From: an uncultured Opitutia bacterium
GTDB taxonomy: Bacteria; Verrucomicrobiota; Verrucomicrobiia; Opitutales; UBA953
Length of the DNA: 64,000 nt
NCBI GenBank assembly: GCA_903913915.1
Contig: CAIWNE010000033.1
Span: 3,620-67,619, forward strand
Direction of reading: 5' to 3'
Shown here: positions 1 to 9,497 of the stretch, in pieces
Layout: each line of letters starts with the position of its first letter
Position numbering within the stretch: the first letter of the stretch is position 1
Notes under the pieces: model-generated
Databases searched by the model: none
The model's input: the letters and a program-made list of their open reading frames with translations, nothing else
What the model was told of the DNA's origin: nothing
Position numbers and translations under genes: made by a program

Positions 1-1
1 C

Positions 2-154
2 GCGGTCGAGAACCCCCTCCATGTCCACGACCTGCATGCGACCATCCTCTGGCTGCTCGGCATCGACAACATGGGCCTGACGTATCGCTACAAGGGGCGC
101 CCGGAACGCCCGACGCAGAACGAAGGCGAGCCCTACAAGAAGATCGTCGGTTAG
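2..154 (+). CDS. C-terminal fragment of a DUF1501-family protein (5' end outside window)
   Basis: Frame 2 reads AVENPLHVHDLHATILWLLGIDNMGLTYRYKGRPERPTQNEGEPYKKIVG*, with stop TAG at 152-154. The HDLHATIL..LGID..LTY block is the conserved DUF1501 C-terminus. It parallels ...[13 protein letters not shown]... at the end of the complete DUF1501 gene at 5462..6724. Confidence 0.6.
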   Translation, partial: AVENPLHVHDLHATILWLLGIDNMGLTYRYKGRPERPTQNEGEPYKKIVG

Positions 155-261
155 GACGGTAGTCCTGGCAGAAAGACTTTCCAGGTCCCAGGTCTCGGCC
201 CTCGGGTTCCTGGTTCAGGTCTTCAGGTACAGGGCCTGATTCCCGAACATCGCGATGCCAT

Positions 262-351
262 GGGTAGGGCGGGTTCTCCGAACCCGCCGTTGAGCCGATT
301 TTCATACGGATCTCGTAAGACGAACGGACGGCTCGGAGAGCCGTCCCTACC
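262..351. repeat. 90-bp double-hairpin REP/MITE-like element, copy A
   Basis: Bounded by GGGTAGGG (262-269) and CCCTACC (345-351). Hairpin 1 is GGCGGGTTC/tcc/GAACCCGCC (268-288). Hairpin 2 is GGACGGCTC/gga/GAGCCGTCC (326-346). The reverse complement of 6821..6910 aligns along the whole length. Confidence 0.75.
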
Positions 352-384
352 TGGGTCTCCGGTCTCCCTTTGCTCCCTGATCTT

Positions 385-417
385 CCCAACCGCCAACGCT
401 AACCGCCAACCGCTGAC
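385..417. repeat. CCAACCGCC-type repeat module (terminal module of the mosaic intergenic repeat family)
   Basis: cccaaccgccaacgctaaccgccaaccgctgac. Related copies are at 6734..6766 (reverse complement), 7019..7045 and 8421..8436. This copy abuts the stop of the aminotransferase gene. Confidence 0.6.
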
Positions 418-419
418 AC

Positions 420-1571
420 CTACCTTTTTATTCTCCCCAGCTTCTCCCCGGCCGCGCGTAACGTCTCTTCCTTCTTGGCGAAGTGGAAGCGGACGAAGCG
501 GTGCTCGGGCTCGCGGAAGAAGGATGAGCCGGGCACGCCCGCGACGCCGATTTCCTTGATCATCCATTCGGCGGCCTCGGTGTCGGTCCTGAAGCCGAGC
601 GGCGAGATGTCGAGAAGCGAGTAGTAGGCGCCCTGCGGCTCGGTGAACTTCAGGCCGGTCTGCGCGAGGATCGACGTGAACAAGGCGCGCTTCGCGGCGT
701 AGAGCTGGCCGAGACCGGCGTAATAGGAGTCGGGCAGTTCAAGGCCGGCGACGGCGGCTTCCTGCAGCGGCGCGGCGGCGCCGACGGTCAGGAAGTCGTG
801 CACCTTGCGGGCCTGGGCGATGACGTGCGGGGCGGCCTGCACGTAGCCCAGGCGCCAGCCGGTGATCGAGTAGGTCTTCGAGAGCGAGTTGCAGGTGATC
901 GTGCGCTCGAAGGCGCCGGGCAGCGCGGCGAAATGGACGTGGGCGTTCGGCGCATAGACGATATGCTCGTAGGGCTCGTCGGTGATGACGAACGCGTCGT
1001 GCTGCTCGGCGAGACGGAGGATCGTCATCAGCTCGTCGCGCGTGAAGACCTTGCCGCAGGGGTTCGACGGGTTGCAGACGATTATCGCCTTGGGCTTCTG
1101 CGCGAAGGCCTTCGCGAGCTCGTCCGGGTCGAACCTGAAGTCGGGCGCGCGCAGCGGCACGTAGATCGGTTCGGCGCCGGAGAGGATCGCGTCGGCGGCG
1201 TAGTTCTCGTAGAACGGCGAGAAGACGATCACCTTGTCGCCCGGATTGCAGGCGGTCATCATCGCGACCATCATCGCCTCGGTGCTGCCGCAGGTGACGA
1301 CCAGATGCTGGTCGGGGTCGATCGCCAGCCCGCTGAAGCGATTGATCTTGTTGGCGAGCGCCTGACGGAATCGCGGGGCGCCCCAGGTCACGGCATACTG
1401 GTGATGCGGACCGCGGGTGGCCCGCTCCAAGGCGGCCAGCAGCTCCTCGGGCGGAGAAAAGTCCGGAAACCCCTGCGAGAGGTTGATGGCCCCATGCTGG
1501 TTGGCGAGGCGGGTCATCCCGCGGATGACGGATTCGGTGAAACCGGCGAGACGGCGGGCGGTCGAAGGCAT
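420..1571 (-). CDS. PLP-dependent class I/II aminotransferase (YbdL / kynurenine-aminotransferase-like)
   Basis: 383-aa ORF. The N-terminus has ...AINLSQGFPDF..., typical of the YbdL/KAT subgroup. Also present are SLSKTYSITGWRLGY (PLP-lysine region) and a fold-type I layout. Confidence 0.88.
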   Translation of the reverse strand: MPSTARRLAGFTESVIRGMTRLANQHGAINLSQGFPDFSPPEELLAALERATRGPHHQYAVTWGAPRFRQALANKINRFSGLAIDPDQHLVVTCGSTEAMMVAMMTACNPGDKVIVFSPFYENYAADAILSGAEPIYVPLRAPDFRFDPDELAKAFAQKPKAIIVCNPSNPCGKVFTRDELMTILRLAEQHDAFVITDEPYEHIVYAPNAHVHFAALPGAFERTITCNSLSKTYSITGWRLGYVQAAPHVIAQARKVHDFLTVGAAAPLQEAAVAGLELPDSYYAGLGQLYAAKRALFTSILAQTGLKFTEPQGAYYSLLDISPLGFRTDTEAAEWMIKEIGVAGVPGSSFFREPEHRFVRFHFAKKEETLRAAGEKLGRIKR

Positions 1572-1698
1572 GGCACACCCTAGCGGCCCGGCCCGCCTTC
1601 AGGCAATCCCGGGCCTAGGGATTGACCCTCTGGCTCGGCCATCCTCATTCTGGACTCTCGGCGGAACCCCTTCCGCCCCGCCCCTGTCCAATCTCAAG

Positions 1699-4600
1699 AT
1701 GCGTCGTCTCGTCCCCCTTTTCCTCGGCTGCGCGGCACTGGCCCAAGCCCAGTCGGTCCCCGTCTGGAACTTCGACGGCACCGCGCTCGCGGGACTGACC
1801 CCGGTCGGCGACGTTAAGTTCGGGCAACCCGGCCCGCGGCGGCCGGACTACCCTCGGTTTGACGAGAAGAACGAAGCGGCCACCTTCGACGGCCAGGGCG
1901 CACGCCTCGAGATCAAGGACCCCGGCGCGAACAGCCTCTTCGACTTCAAGAACGGCGACGCGCTCACGGTCGAGGCCTGGGTCAGGCCCGACGGCCTCCG
2001 CAAGGGCGAGAACGCCACCATCATCGGGAAGGGACGTACCGACCCTAAGTCCGCCACTCCGAACAACCAGAACTGGGCCATGCGCCTGCGCGTCCTCTAC
2101 GACACCGCCTGCCTGAACTTCCTGTTCGCCACGCCGACCTCCGGGAAGGGCGTGCAGTGGCACCGCTGGACCACTCCGACCGGCTTCGCCAACGACCATC
2201 GCTGGCACCACGTCGCCATCCGTTATCAGTTCGGCAAGCCCGAGAGCATCCGTGGATGGATCGACGGCAAGGAGTTCAAAGGCTCCTGGGACATGGATGG
2301 CGCGACGACCGACGAACCCGTCGTCGACGATGCTCCGGCCTGGATCGGCTCGTCGCAGGGCGGCCTGCCCAACAGCAGTTTCCGCGGTTCGATCGATGAC
2401 ATCCGCCTTCATCGCGCCCTGGTCCCTGCGGAGGAGATTTCCGGACGCTTCGCCACGACCCTTCCGCCCGTCAAAAAAGCCGAGGTCGCCCTCGTCGGCG
2501 CGAGTCCCAACGCAGGCAACGACAGCGCCAACGGCGTGAAGGCCGCGAAGGGCCCCGAAGTCGTACGCAAAGCCCCCAAGGTCGACTGGACCATCGTCAC
2601 CGACGGCCAGGTTCGCGTCGAACTCTGCGAAGCATGGAACCCCTCCGCCAACGTCTGGCCTGACCAAGCCCCGGCCGTCACCGACAGCTACGTCGCCCCG
2701 GCCTTCGGCTTCGCCCGCGTGCCGGAGAAGTACGTCGACACCGGCGTGCGCACGGAACGTCCGAGCCCCTATCTCCTCCGCGCCCTCGCCACGGTGAAAC
2801 TCCCGGCCGGGAAACACCGCCTGCTCCTGCGCGGCCGCGGGGCCTCCGCGCTGTTCGTCGACGGCAAGCTCGTCACCCAGACGCCCTTCCCTCCGGCGGG
2901 CACCGACAACAAGCCCGTCAAGGAACAGGACACCTACCTCGACCTCGGCGGCGACTTCCGTTTCGCGCCGCCCGGCAATCGCGACTCGTGGGCGGAGTTC
3001 GAATCCAAGGGCGGCGAACACCGCGTCATCCTCGAGACCGTCGTCGGCTACGTCATCAACAACAAGGGCTCGCGCCGCCGTCCGGAACTCGGCGAGACCG
3101 TCGCCGCGATCTCGCCCGCCGGCCGCACGGACTGGCGGCTGCTCACCCCGTCTCCTGACATACTGACCTACAATGACGCCGGGTGGGCCGCCTACTCCGC
3201 GCAGGAAGAAGACCGCCTGAGCAAGATCGACGCGTCAGCCCGCGCCGCCGCCCGTGCCCGCCAGGGGGAGTACTGGCAGAAGCGCCGCGAAGCCGCGCAG
3301 CAGTGGCTCGCCAAGACGCCCGAGACGCCCGTCCCCACGCTCGCCAACGGCTTCCCGGCCAACAATCCCATCGACCACTTCATCGCGGAGAAGATCGTCG
3401 CCTACCAGGCGCAGATGAAGGCCGCCAAGACCGGCGGGGTCGATTTCTACGCCAAGGTCTACCCGATCCTCGAAGCCAGCTGCTTGGAATGCCACCAAGG
3501 CGGCAAGGCCAAGGGCAAGCTGCACCTCGATACGCTCGCCGGCGCGCTGAAGGGCGGGAAGTCCGACGGAGCCGCGCTCGTCCCCGGCGACCCCGCCAAG
3601 AGCCCCTTGCTGAAACGCATCAAGTCGCAGGACCCGGATGAAGTCATGCCGCCCAAGGGCCATCGCCTCGACGCCTCCGAGGTCGCGACCATCGAGCAAT
3701 GGATCAAGGAAGGCGCCGTCTGGCCGGAATACCGGACGCTCCCGACCAAGCTCATGCCGCTGACGGATGACCTCGCGTTCCTGCGCCGCGTCACGTTCGA
3801 CACCGTCGGCGTGCCGCCTTCGCCCGCCGAGATGGCCACCTTCGCGGCCGACGCTTCGGCCGACAGGCGCGCCAAGGCCATCGAACGCCTGCTGCACGAC
3901 CCGCGCGCCGCGGACCACTGGATGGGCTACTGGCAGGACGTCCTCGCCGAGAACCCGAACATCCTCAACCCCACCCTGAACAACTCCGGCCCGTTCCGCT
4001 GGTGGATCTACGAATCGCTCGCCGACCACAAGCCGCTCGACCTCATGGTCACCGAACTCCTGCGACTCAAGGGGTCCGCCGCCGCCGGGGGACCGGCCGG
4101 CTTCGGTATCGCCTCGCAGAACGACGTACCCATGGCCGCCAAGGCCACCATCGTCACCACCGCCTTCCTCGGCCTGGAGACCAAATGCGCGCGCTGCCAT
4201 GACGCGCCCGCGCACACCGCGAAGCAAGAGCAGGTCTTCGCGCTCGCCGCCCTCCTTGAGACCAAGGCCGTGAAGGTGCCGCTCACCAGCAGCGTCTCGA
4301 TGGCCAAGCTCCGCGAAGGCGGCCGCAAGCCGCTCATCGAGGTCACCCTCGAGCCCGGCGCCTCCGTCGAACCGCACTGGCCCTTCCCCGAGCTCTCGCA
4401 GGAAAGCGTCGCCGACGAACTCGCGCTCGACCCCAAGGATCCGCGCGACCGACTGGCTACGCTGATCACCGCGCCGCAGAACGAACGCTTCGCGCAGGTC
4501 ATGGCCAACCGCCTCTGGGCCCGCCTGATGGGCCGCGGCCTCGTCGACCAGCCCTGGGACTGGGAACGTTCCAGGAATTCGCACCCCGAACTGCTCCGCT

Positions 4601-5457
4601 GGCTCGGCCGCGAGCTCGTGCGCAGCGGCTACGACGCGGACCACGTCCTGAGGCTCATCCTGAACTCGCATGCCTACCAGCGCGCGACGGACGCCTCGCT
4701 GAAGCAGACCAGCCCGCTCTTCGCCTCGCCCGCGCCGCGCCGTCTCTCGGCCGAACAGGTCGTCGACTCGATGTTCGCCGCGACCGGCAAGCCGTTCCGG
4801 ACGGAAGAAGCCAGCCTGGACATCGACAGCATCCGCGAGCAGTCGAATTCCCTCACGCTCGGCCAGCCGCGCCGCGCCTGGATGCTCACCTCGACCTCCA
4901 ACGAGCGCGACCGCCCCGCCCTCGCCTTGCCCCGCATCCAGGCCGTCTGCGACGTCATGGCCGCCTTCGGCTGGCGCGCGAGCCGGCCGGACCCGGTGAC
5001 CGATCGCGAGAATTCCGCGAACTCCCTCCAGCCGGCGATCCTCAGCAACGGCACGATGGGCACATGGGTGACGCGCCTCAGCGACGACCACGGCATCACG
5101 GCCTTGGCCCTCGCCGTCAAATCACCGGAAGAGCTGACCGACGCGCTGTTCCTCCGCCTCCTCACGCGCCGCCCGACCACGGCGGAAAAGGCGAGGTACT
5201 CCGCCTATCTCGCCGAAGGCTTCTCCAGCCGAATCCTGACGCCCGCGGCCAAGCCCGTCACCTACCCGCGCAAACCGGAATATTACGTCTCCTGGTCGAA
5301 TCACCTCAACGACCTGGCCACGACCGTTCGCATGCGGCAGGAAGCCGCCGCCCGCAAGGGCGACCCGGCGACCGAACGTCTGGCCGCCGAGTGGCGCAGG
5401 CGCGCGGAGGACGTCGTCTGGGCCCTCGTCAACTCGCCCGAATTCATCTACAACTGA
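1699..5457 (+). CDS. PSD1-family protein: LamG-like domain + planctomycete cytochrome c (PSCyt1) + DUF1549 + DUF1553
   Basis: The track ORF starts at 1417, but the signal peptide [19 protein letters not shown] starts at ATG 1699. LamG-like region: WHHVAIRY...[12 protein letters not shown]. Heme-c-like motif: [21 protein letters not shown]1549-like: [22 protein letters not shown]1553-like: [14 protein letters not shown]1501 gene follows 4 nt downstream. Confidence 0.88.
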   Translation: MRRLVPLFLGCAALAQAQSVPVWNFDGTALAGLTPVGDVKFGQPGPRRPDYPRFDEKNEAATFDGQGARLEIKDPGANSLFDFKNGDALTVEAWVRPDGLRKGENATIIGKGRTDPKSATPNNQNWAMRLRVLYDTACLNFLFATPTSGKGVQWHRWTTPTGFANDHRWHHVAIRYQFGKPESIRGWIDGKEFKGSWDMDGATTDEPVVDDAPAWIGSSQGGLPNSSFRGSIDDIRLHRALVPAEEISGRFATTLPPVKKAEVALVGASPNAGNDSANGVKAAKGPEVVRKAPKVDWTIVTDGQVRVELCEAWNPSANVWPDQAPAVTDSYVAPAFGFARVPEKYVDTGVRTERPSPYLLRALATVKLPAGKHRLLLRGRGASALFVDGKLVTQTPFPPAGTDNKPVKEQDTYLDLGGDFRFAPPGNRDSWAEFESKGGEHRVILETVVGYVINNKGSRRRPELGETVAAISPAGRTDWRLLTPSPDILTYNDAGWAAYSAQEEDRLSKIDASARAAARARQGEYWQKRREAAQQWLAKTPETPVPTLANGFPANNPIDHFIAEKIVAYQAQMKAAKTGGVDFYAKVYPILEASCLECHQGGKAKGKLHLDTLAGALKGGKSDGAALVPGDPAKSPLLKRIKSQDPDEVMPPKGHRLDASEVATIEQWIKEGAVWPEYRTLPTKLMPLTDDLAFLRRVTFDTVGVPPSPAEMATFAADASADRRAKAIERLLHDPRAADHWMGYWQDVLAENPNILNPTLNNSGPFRWWIYESLADHKPLDLMVTELLRLKGSAAAGGPAGFGIASQNDVPMAAKATIVTTAFLGLETKCARCHDAPAHTAKQEQVFALAALLETKAVKVPLTSSVSMAKLREGGRKPLIEVTLEPGASVEPHWPFPELSQESVADELALDPKDPRDRLATLITAPQNERFAQVMANRLWARLMGRGLVDQPWDWERSRNSHPELLRWLGRELVRSGYDADHVLRLILNSHAYQRATDASLKQTSPLFASPAPRRLSAEQVVDSMFAATGKPFRTEEASLDIDSIREQSNSLTLGQPRRAWMLTSTSNERDRPALALPRIQAVCDVMAAFGWRASRPDPVTDRENSANSLQPAILSNGTMGTWVTRLSDDHGITALALAVKSPEELTDALFLRLLTRRPTTAEKARYSAYLAEGFSSRILTPAAKPVTYPRKPEYYVSWSNHLNDLATTVRMRQEAAARKGDPATERLAAEWRRRAEDVVWALVNSPEFIYN

Positions 5458-5461
5458 CCCC

Positions 5462-6724
5462 ATGGACCGCCGCTCCTTCCTGACCGCCCTCGGTCTCGCC
5501 CCCTTCGCCGCTTCGCCGCTGCTCGCTTCGTCCGGCAACGGCATCAAGGGAAAGGCCGAGCATTGCATCTTCATCTGGCTCGGCGGCGGCATGAGCCAGG
5601 CGGACACCTTCGACCCGAAGGCCCTCGGCGACAACCAAGCCACGAAGAAGAAACCCGGCTCGCTCTACCCTTCCATCGAGACCTCCGTCCCCGGCGTGCG
5701 CCTCTGCGAACACCTGCCACGGACGGCGAAGCTCATGGAGCATGTCACCGCGGTCCGCTCGGCGAACCACAAGGTCATCGATGAGCATGCGTTCGCCACG
5801 AACCTCGTGCACACCGGCCGCATGATCAGCGGCAACGCCGTCTACCCTTCCATCGGCTCGATCGTGGCGCATCGCCGCGGCGCCGCCGATCCGAACGTCC
5901 CGGCCTACATGCTGATCGGCTACCCGAACGTGAGCCGCGGACCGGGCTTCCTCGGGATCAAGGACGGCTACATCTACCTCGTCGACACCGAGACGGGACC
6001 GAACGGTTTTTCCACCCCGGGAGACGTCGATCCGGCCCAGAAGCTCCGCCGCCAGGAACTCCTCGGCTCGCTCGGCGGCAAGGCCCCCGAAGGCTCCGCC
6101 CTCGCCGAATACGCCCAAGCCCAGGAAGAAGCCTTCCGCCTCGCGGGCCCGTCGTTCATGCGTCACTTCGACCTCAGGAAGGAAGCCGCCGACACTCGGC
6201 TTTCCTATGGCGGCGAATTCGGCCAGCGCTGCCTGCTCGCCCGTCGTCTCATCCAAGGAGGCGTGCGCTTCGTCGAAGTCTCGCACAACCTCAACTTCAT
6301 CAATGGCTCCGGCTGGGACGTGCATAACGACGGCATCAACAACCAGCACATCCTCATCCGCGAGCTCGATAACGCGCTCGCCGCGCTGATCGAAGACCTC
6401 CGGCGCACCGGCATGCTCGACAAGACCCTCGTGGTCGTCGGCACCGAATTCGGACGCCCGCCGGAGTTCGACGCCAAAGGTGGCCGCGGCCACCAAGGCA
6501 CCGCGTTCTCGATGATCCTCGCCGGCGGCGGCCTCAGGCATTGCGGCGCCTACGGTCAGACCGACGACCTCGCCAAGACCGTGGTCAAGGACCCCGTCAG
6601 CATACCCGACTTCCACGCCACGATCCTCGCCGCCCTGCAGGTCGACACCTCGCGCGACCTCATGGCCGGCTCGCGCCCGGTGCCGGTGACCGACGGCGGC
6701 ACGCCGATCGCGAAGTTGTTCTGA
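5462..6724 (+). CDS. DUF1501-family protein (sulfatase-fold), canonical PSD1 partner
   Basis: 420 aa with a Tat-like N-terminus [17 protein letters not shown]. Family motifs: [25 protein letters not shown] and [10 protein letters not shown]. Only a 4-nt gap separates it from the upstream PSD1 gene. Confidence 0.88.
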   Translation: MDRRSFLTALGLAPFAASPLLASSGNGIKGKAEHCIFIWLGGGMSQADTFDPKALGDNQATKKKPGSLYPSIETSVPGVRLCEHLPRTAKLMEHVTAVRSANHKVIDEHAFATNLVHTGRMISGNAVYPSIGSIVAHRRGAADPNVPAYMLIGYPNVSRGPGFLGIKDGYIYLVDTETGPNGFSTPGDVDPAQKLRRQELLGSLGGKAPEGSALAEYAQAQEEAFRLAGPSFMRHFDLRKEAADTRLSYGGEFGQRCLLARRLIQGGVRFVEVSHNLNFINGSGWDVHNDGINNQHILIRELDNALAALIEDLRRTGMLDKTLVVVGTEFGRPPEFDAKGGRGHQGTAFSMILAGGGLRHCGAYGQTDDLAKTVVKDPVSIPDFHATILAALQVDTSRDLMAGSRPVPVTDGGTPIAKLF

Positions 6725-6733
6725 GAATAGGTT

Positions 6734-7045
6734 GAAGCGGTCGGCGGTTAGCGGCTGGCGGATGGGAAAGACAACTCGTCGAAGGAAACCGGGGGGCCGG
6801 AGGACTGACTGGGGTGACTAGGTAGGGACGGCTCTCCGAGCCGTCCGTTCGCAAAGGGAGATACGAATGTCCGTCCGCTCAACGGCGGGTTCGGAGAACC
6901 CGCCCTACCCAAGGCGGGCGGCAGGCCATCAACACTCCATCATCTGTCCTCGGCCATCTGTGATCTGTTCAGCCCTCTACGCAGTCCTCCTTTCAGGCCT
7001 CTTCAGAGCCCAACCGCCAACCGCTGACCGCCAACACCTTGTCGC
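6734..7045. repeat. Composite MITE-like element with imperfect terminal inverted repeats enclosing the 90-bp double hairpin
   Basis: The left end 6734..6766 (...ttagcggctggcggatggg) matches the reverse complement of the right end 7019..7045 (...tcagcggttggcggttggg) at 16 of the terminal 19 nt. The element fills almost the entire DUF1501-hemH intergenic space. Confidence 0.5.
6821..6910. repeat. 90-bp double-hairpin REP/MITE-like element, copy B (inverted relative to copy A)
   Basis: ggtagggacggctctccgagccgtccgttcg...caacggcgggttcggagaacccgccctaccc. Its reverse complement matches 262..351, including both 9-bp stems and the GGTAGGG/CCCTACC ends. Confidence 0.78.
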
Positions 7046-7078
7046 TAAATTGACATCCCTGCGTTATCCCTTCCTCCT

Positions 7079-8110
7079 GTGACCATGGCTCGCAAAGGCA
7101 TCCTGCTCCTCAACCTCGGTTCGCCGAAAAGCACCTCGGTGCCCCACGTCCGGGAATACCTCCGCGAGTTCCTCGGCGACGAGCGCGTGATCGACTATCC
7201 CGCCGTCTTCCGCTTCGCCCTGCTCGAAGGCATCGTCCTGCGCACCCGCCCCAAGAAATCCGCCGCCGCCTACGCGACCGTCTGGACCCCCGAGGGCGCC
7301 CCGTTGCTCGTCACCACCGAGAAGCTCCGCAAGAAACTCGAGGTCGCGACCGGGCTGCCCGTCATCACCGGCATGCGCTACGGCACGCCCTCCTGCGCCG
7401 AAGCCGTACAGGAAGTGCTCAGGCAGGGCATCGACGACCTGTTCGTGATGCCGCAGTATCCGCATTACGCGATGTCCTCCTATGAGACCGTCGTCGTGAA
7501 GATCCAGGAGGAGCTCGCCCGCCTCGCCCCGAACCTGAAGTATCACGTGCTCCAGCCGTACTTCAACGACCCGGCCTACATCGACTGCCTCGTCGAGTCG
7601 GCCAAGCCCTGGCTGAGCAAACCCTTCGACAAGGTGCTCTTCTCCTATCACGGCGTCCCCGAACGCCATCTGCGCAAAGGCGACGCCTCCAAGGCCCATT
7701 GCACCAAGGTCAAGGACTGCTGCCTGCAGGCCAGCCCTTCGCACGCCAACTGCTACAAGCACCAGTGCGTGCAGACCACGCTGCTCTTCGCGAAGCGGGC
7801 CGGTCTTTCGCCCGATAAGTTCGAGATGTCCTTCCAGTCGCGCTTCGGCCCGGAGAAGTGGGTGCCGCCCTACACCGACGAGCGTTTCGAAGCCCTGCCG
7901 TCCGAAGGCGTGAAGAAGCTCCTCGTGATGTGCCCCGCCTTCACCGCCGACTGCCTCGAGACCATCGAAGAGATCAGCGAGGAAGGTAAGGAAGACTTCC
8001 TGCATGCCGGCGGCGAATCCTTCGAACAGATCCCCTGCCTCAACGACCAGGACGTCTACGTGAAGTACCTCGCCGACCGCGCCGCCGCGTGGAAGCCGAA
8101 TCACGTCTGA
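7079..8110 (+). CDS. hemH: Ferrochelatase
   Basis: M(T)MARKGILLLNLGSPKSTSVPHVREYLREFLGDERVID is the classic ferrochelatase N-terminus. FSYHGVPERHL and PAFTADCLETIEEI are conserved blocks. The start is GTG 7079 or ATG 7085. A Cys-rich insert lies at 7700..7768. Confidence 0.93.
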   Translation: MTMARKGILLLNLGSPKSTSVPHVREYLREFLGDERVIDYPAVFRFALLEGIVLRTRPKKSAAAYATVWTPEGAPLLVTTEKLRKKLEVATGLPVITGMRYGTPSCAEAVQEVLRQGIDDLFVMPQYPHYAMSSYETVVVKIQEELARLAPNLKYHVLQPYFNDPAYIDCLVESAKPWLSKPFDKVLFSYHGVPERHLRKGDASKAHCTKVKDCCLQASPSHANCYKHQCVQTTLLFAKRAGLSPDKFEMSFQSRFGPEKWVPPYTDERFEALPSEGVKKLLVMCPAFTADCLETIEEISEEGKEDFLHAGGESFEQIPCLNDQDVYVKYLADRAAAWKPNHV

Positions 8111-8244
8111 GCTCGAAGAATAGAGGACTGAATCGAGCGCAGCATCGAGGACTGCGCGGAGGACTGGATTGATTCCAAGGCAGGGATAGGCAGGGCGGGC
8201 GCCCTGAATCAGCGGCTGAGCACCTCCACCCACTTTTCTCGCAT

Positions 8245-8278
8245 GACGAACGGACGGCTCTGAGAGCCGTCCCTACCC
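8245..8278. repeat. Half copy (hairpin 2 only) of the 90-bp REP/MITE-like element
   Basis: gacgaacggacggctctgagagccgtccctaccc is near-identical to 320..351, in the same orientation as copy A. Confidence 0.65.
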
Positions 8279-8304
8279 ATGAGAGGTATTTACAATAAGC
8301 GCTT

Positions 8305-8436
8305 GGCGGATGGGCAAAATATTTCAGGTTTCGGGTCTCAGCCGTCGGGCATCTGGTCCGGGCATTCAGGTTCAGGTACGGGTCTCAGGCCTGCTGCCTT
8401 AACCTGTGACCCGAAATATTTCCAACCGCCATCCGC
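8305..8436. repeat. Imperfect long inverted repeat (MITE-like) in the convergent hemH/hemE intergenic region
   Basis: The left arm ggcggatgggcaaaatatttcaggtttcgggtc (8305-8337) pairs with the right arm gacccgaaatatttccaaccgccatccgc (8408-8436), with bulges. The GGCGGATGGG end is shared with 6757-6766. The interior resembles 190-250. Confidence 0.45.
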
Positions 8437-8471
8437 TCACCGACGATACCGATTCAATTCAGCCCTCAACC

Positions 8472-9497
8472 CTAGCCGTCAGCCACCGTCTCGACGACGG
8501 CCTGGAAGGTCTCGATCCGGGCCTGCGGCGTGATGCCGTGGCCGAGATTGAAGATATGCCCAGGGTCGCCGGCGTTGTCGGCCAGGACGGCCTTGGTCGC
8601 GGCGGCCGCGGCTTCCGGGGCGCCGACCATGAACTCGGGATCGAGGTTGCCCTGCAGGCAGATCGGGCGACCGGCGAGCTTGCGCACCTGCGAAAGCGGC
8701 ATGGTCCAGTCGACGCCGAGGCACGGGACGCCGGTCTGCGCGAGCGCGGCGGCCTGCGGGGACTTGCCCTTCGCGTAAAGGATGACGGGCGCTCCGGCGG
8801 GCAGGCGTTCGAGCACCGCGCGGATGTAGCGCAGCGAGAACTCCTCATAGTCGGCGCCGGTCAGGGCGCCGGCCCAGCTGTCGAAGATCTGGATCGCGTC
8901 GGCGCCGGCGGCGAACTGGCGCGTGAGATATTGGGCGACGGCGTCGGTCAGGATCTCGAGGATGCGGTGCATCATCTTCGGGTCGGCCTTGATCAGCGCC
9001 TTCGTCTTCGGGAAGTCTTCGGAACCGCCGCCTTCGACGAGGTAGCAGGCAAGCGTCCAGGGCGAACCAGCGAAACCGAGCAGGGTCTTGTTCAGGCCGA
9101 GCTCCTTGCGGAGGATCGCCAACGCGTCGTAGACATACCGGAGCCGGTCGGCGGCGCCTTCGAGCTTCAGCGTGGCGACGTCGGCCGGCGAGCCGAGGGC
9201 GCGCTCCATGGCGATGCCGCCTTCGTCGCGGAAACGGTAGCCGACGCCGAGGGCCTCGGGGATGACCAGGATGTCGGAGAACAGGATCGCCGCGTCGAGC
9301 TGCGGGAAGCGACGGAGCGGCTGCAGCGTGACCTCGACGGCAAGGTCGGGCGTGCGGACCATCGTGACGAAGTCGGACTTGGCCTTGAGGGCGCGGTATT
9401 CGGGCAGGTAGCGACCGGCCTGACGCATGATCCAGACAGGCGCCCGGTCATGGGGCTGTCGGCGGAGGGCGGCGAGGAAACGGTCGCGGGAGTTCAT
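8472..9497 (-). CDS. hemE: Uroporphyrinogen decarboxylase
   Basis: [35 protein letters not shown] is the canonical HemE N-terminus, so the start was trimmed from the track's 9590 to ATG 9495-9497. This ATG overlaps the hemF stop by 1 nt (ATGA on the minus strand). Confidence 0.94.
   Translation of the reverse strand: MNSRDRFLAALRRQPHDRAPVWIMRQAGRYLPEYRALKAKSDFVTMVRTPDLAVEVTLQPLRRFPQLDAAILFSDILVIPEALGVGYRFRDEGGIAMERALGSPADVATLKLEGAADRLRYVYDALAILRKELGLNKTLLGFAGSPWTLACYLVEGGGSEDFPKTKALIKADPKMMHRILEILTDAVAQYLTRQFAAGADAIQIFDSWAGALTGADYEEFSLRYIRAVLERLPAGAPVILYAKGKSPQAAALAQTGVPCLGVDWTMPLSQVRKLAGRPICLQGNLDPEFMVGAPEAAAAATKAVLADNAGDPGHIFNLGHGITPQARIETFQAVVETVADG

Noticed and set aside
223-567. Small ORFs inside the repeat-rich intergenic regions: 223..567 (-), 260..559 (+), 6660..6854 (-), 6867..7082 (+) and 8279..8533 (+).
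   Set aside because: They are built from the REP/MITE-like hairpin repeats, which give peptides such as ...GEPSLPG... in either orientation. They run into neighbouring genes and have no coding signature. They are better explained as non-coding repeats.
7060-7065. A TTGACA hexamer just upstream of hemH, considered as a -35 box.
   Set aside because: It lies only ~20 nt from the start codon, so a properly spaced -10 box would overlap the ATG. No matching -10 hexamer is present.
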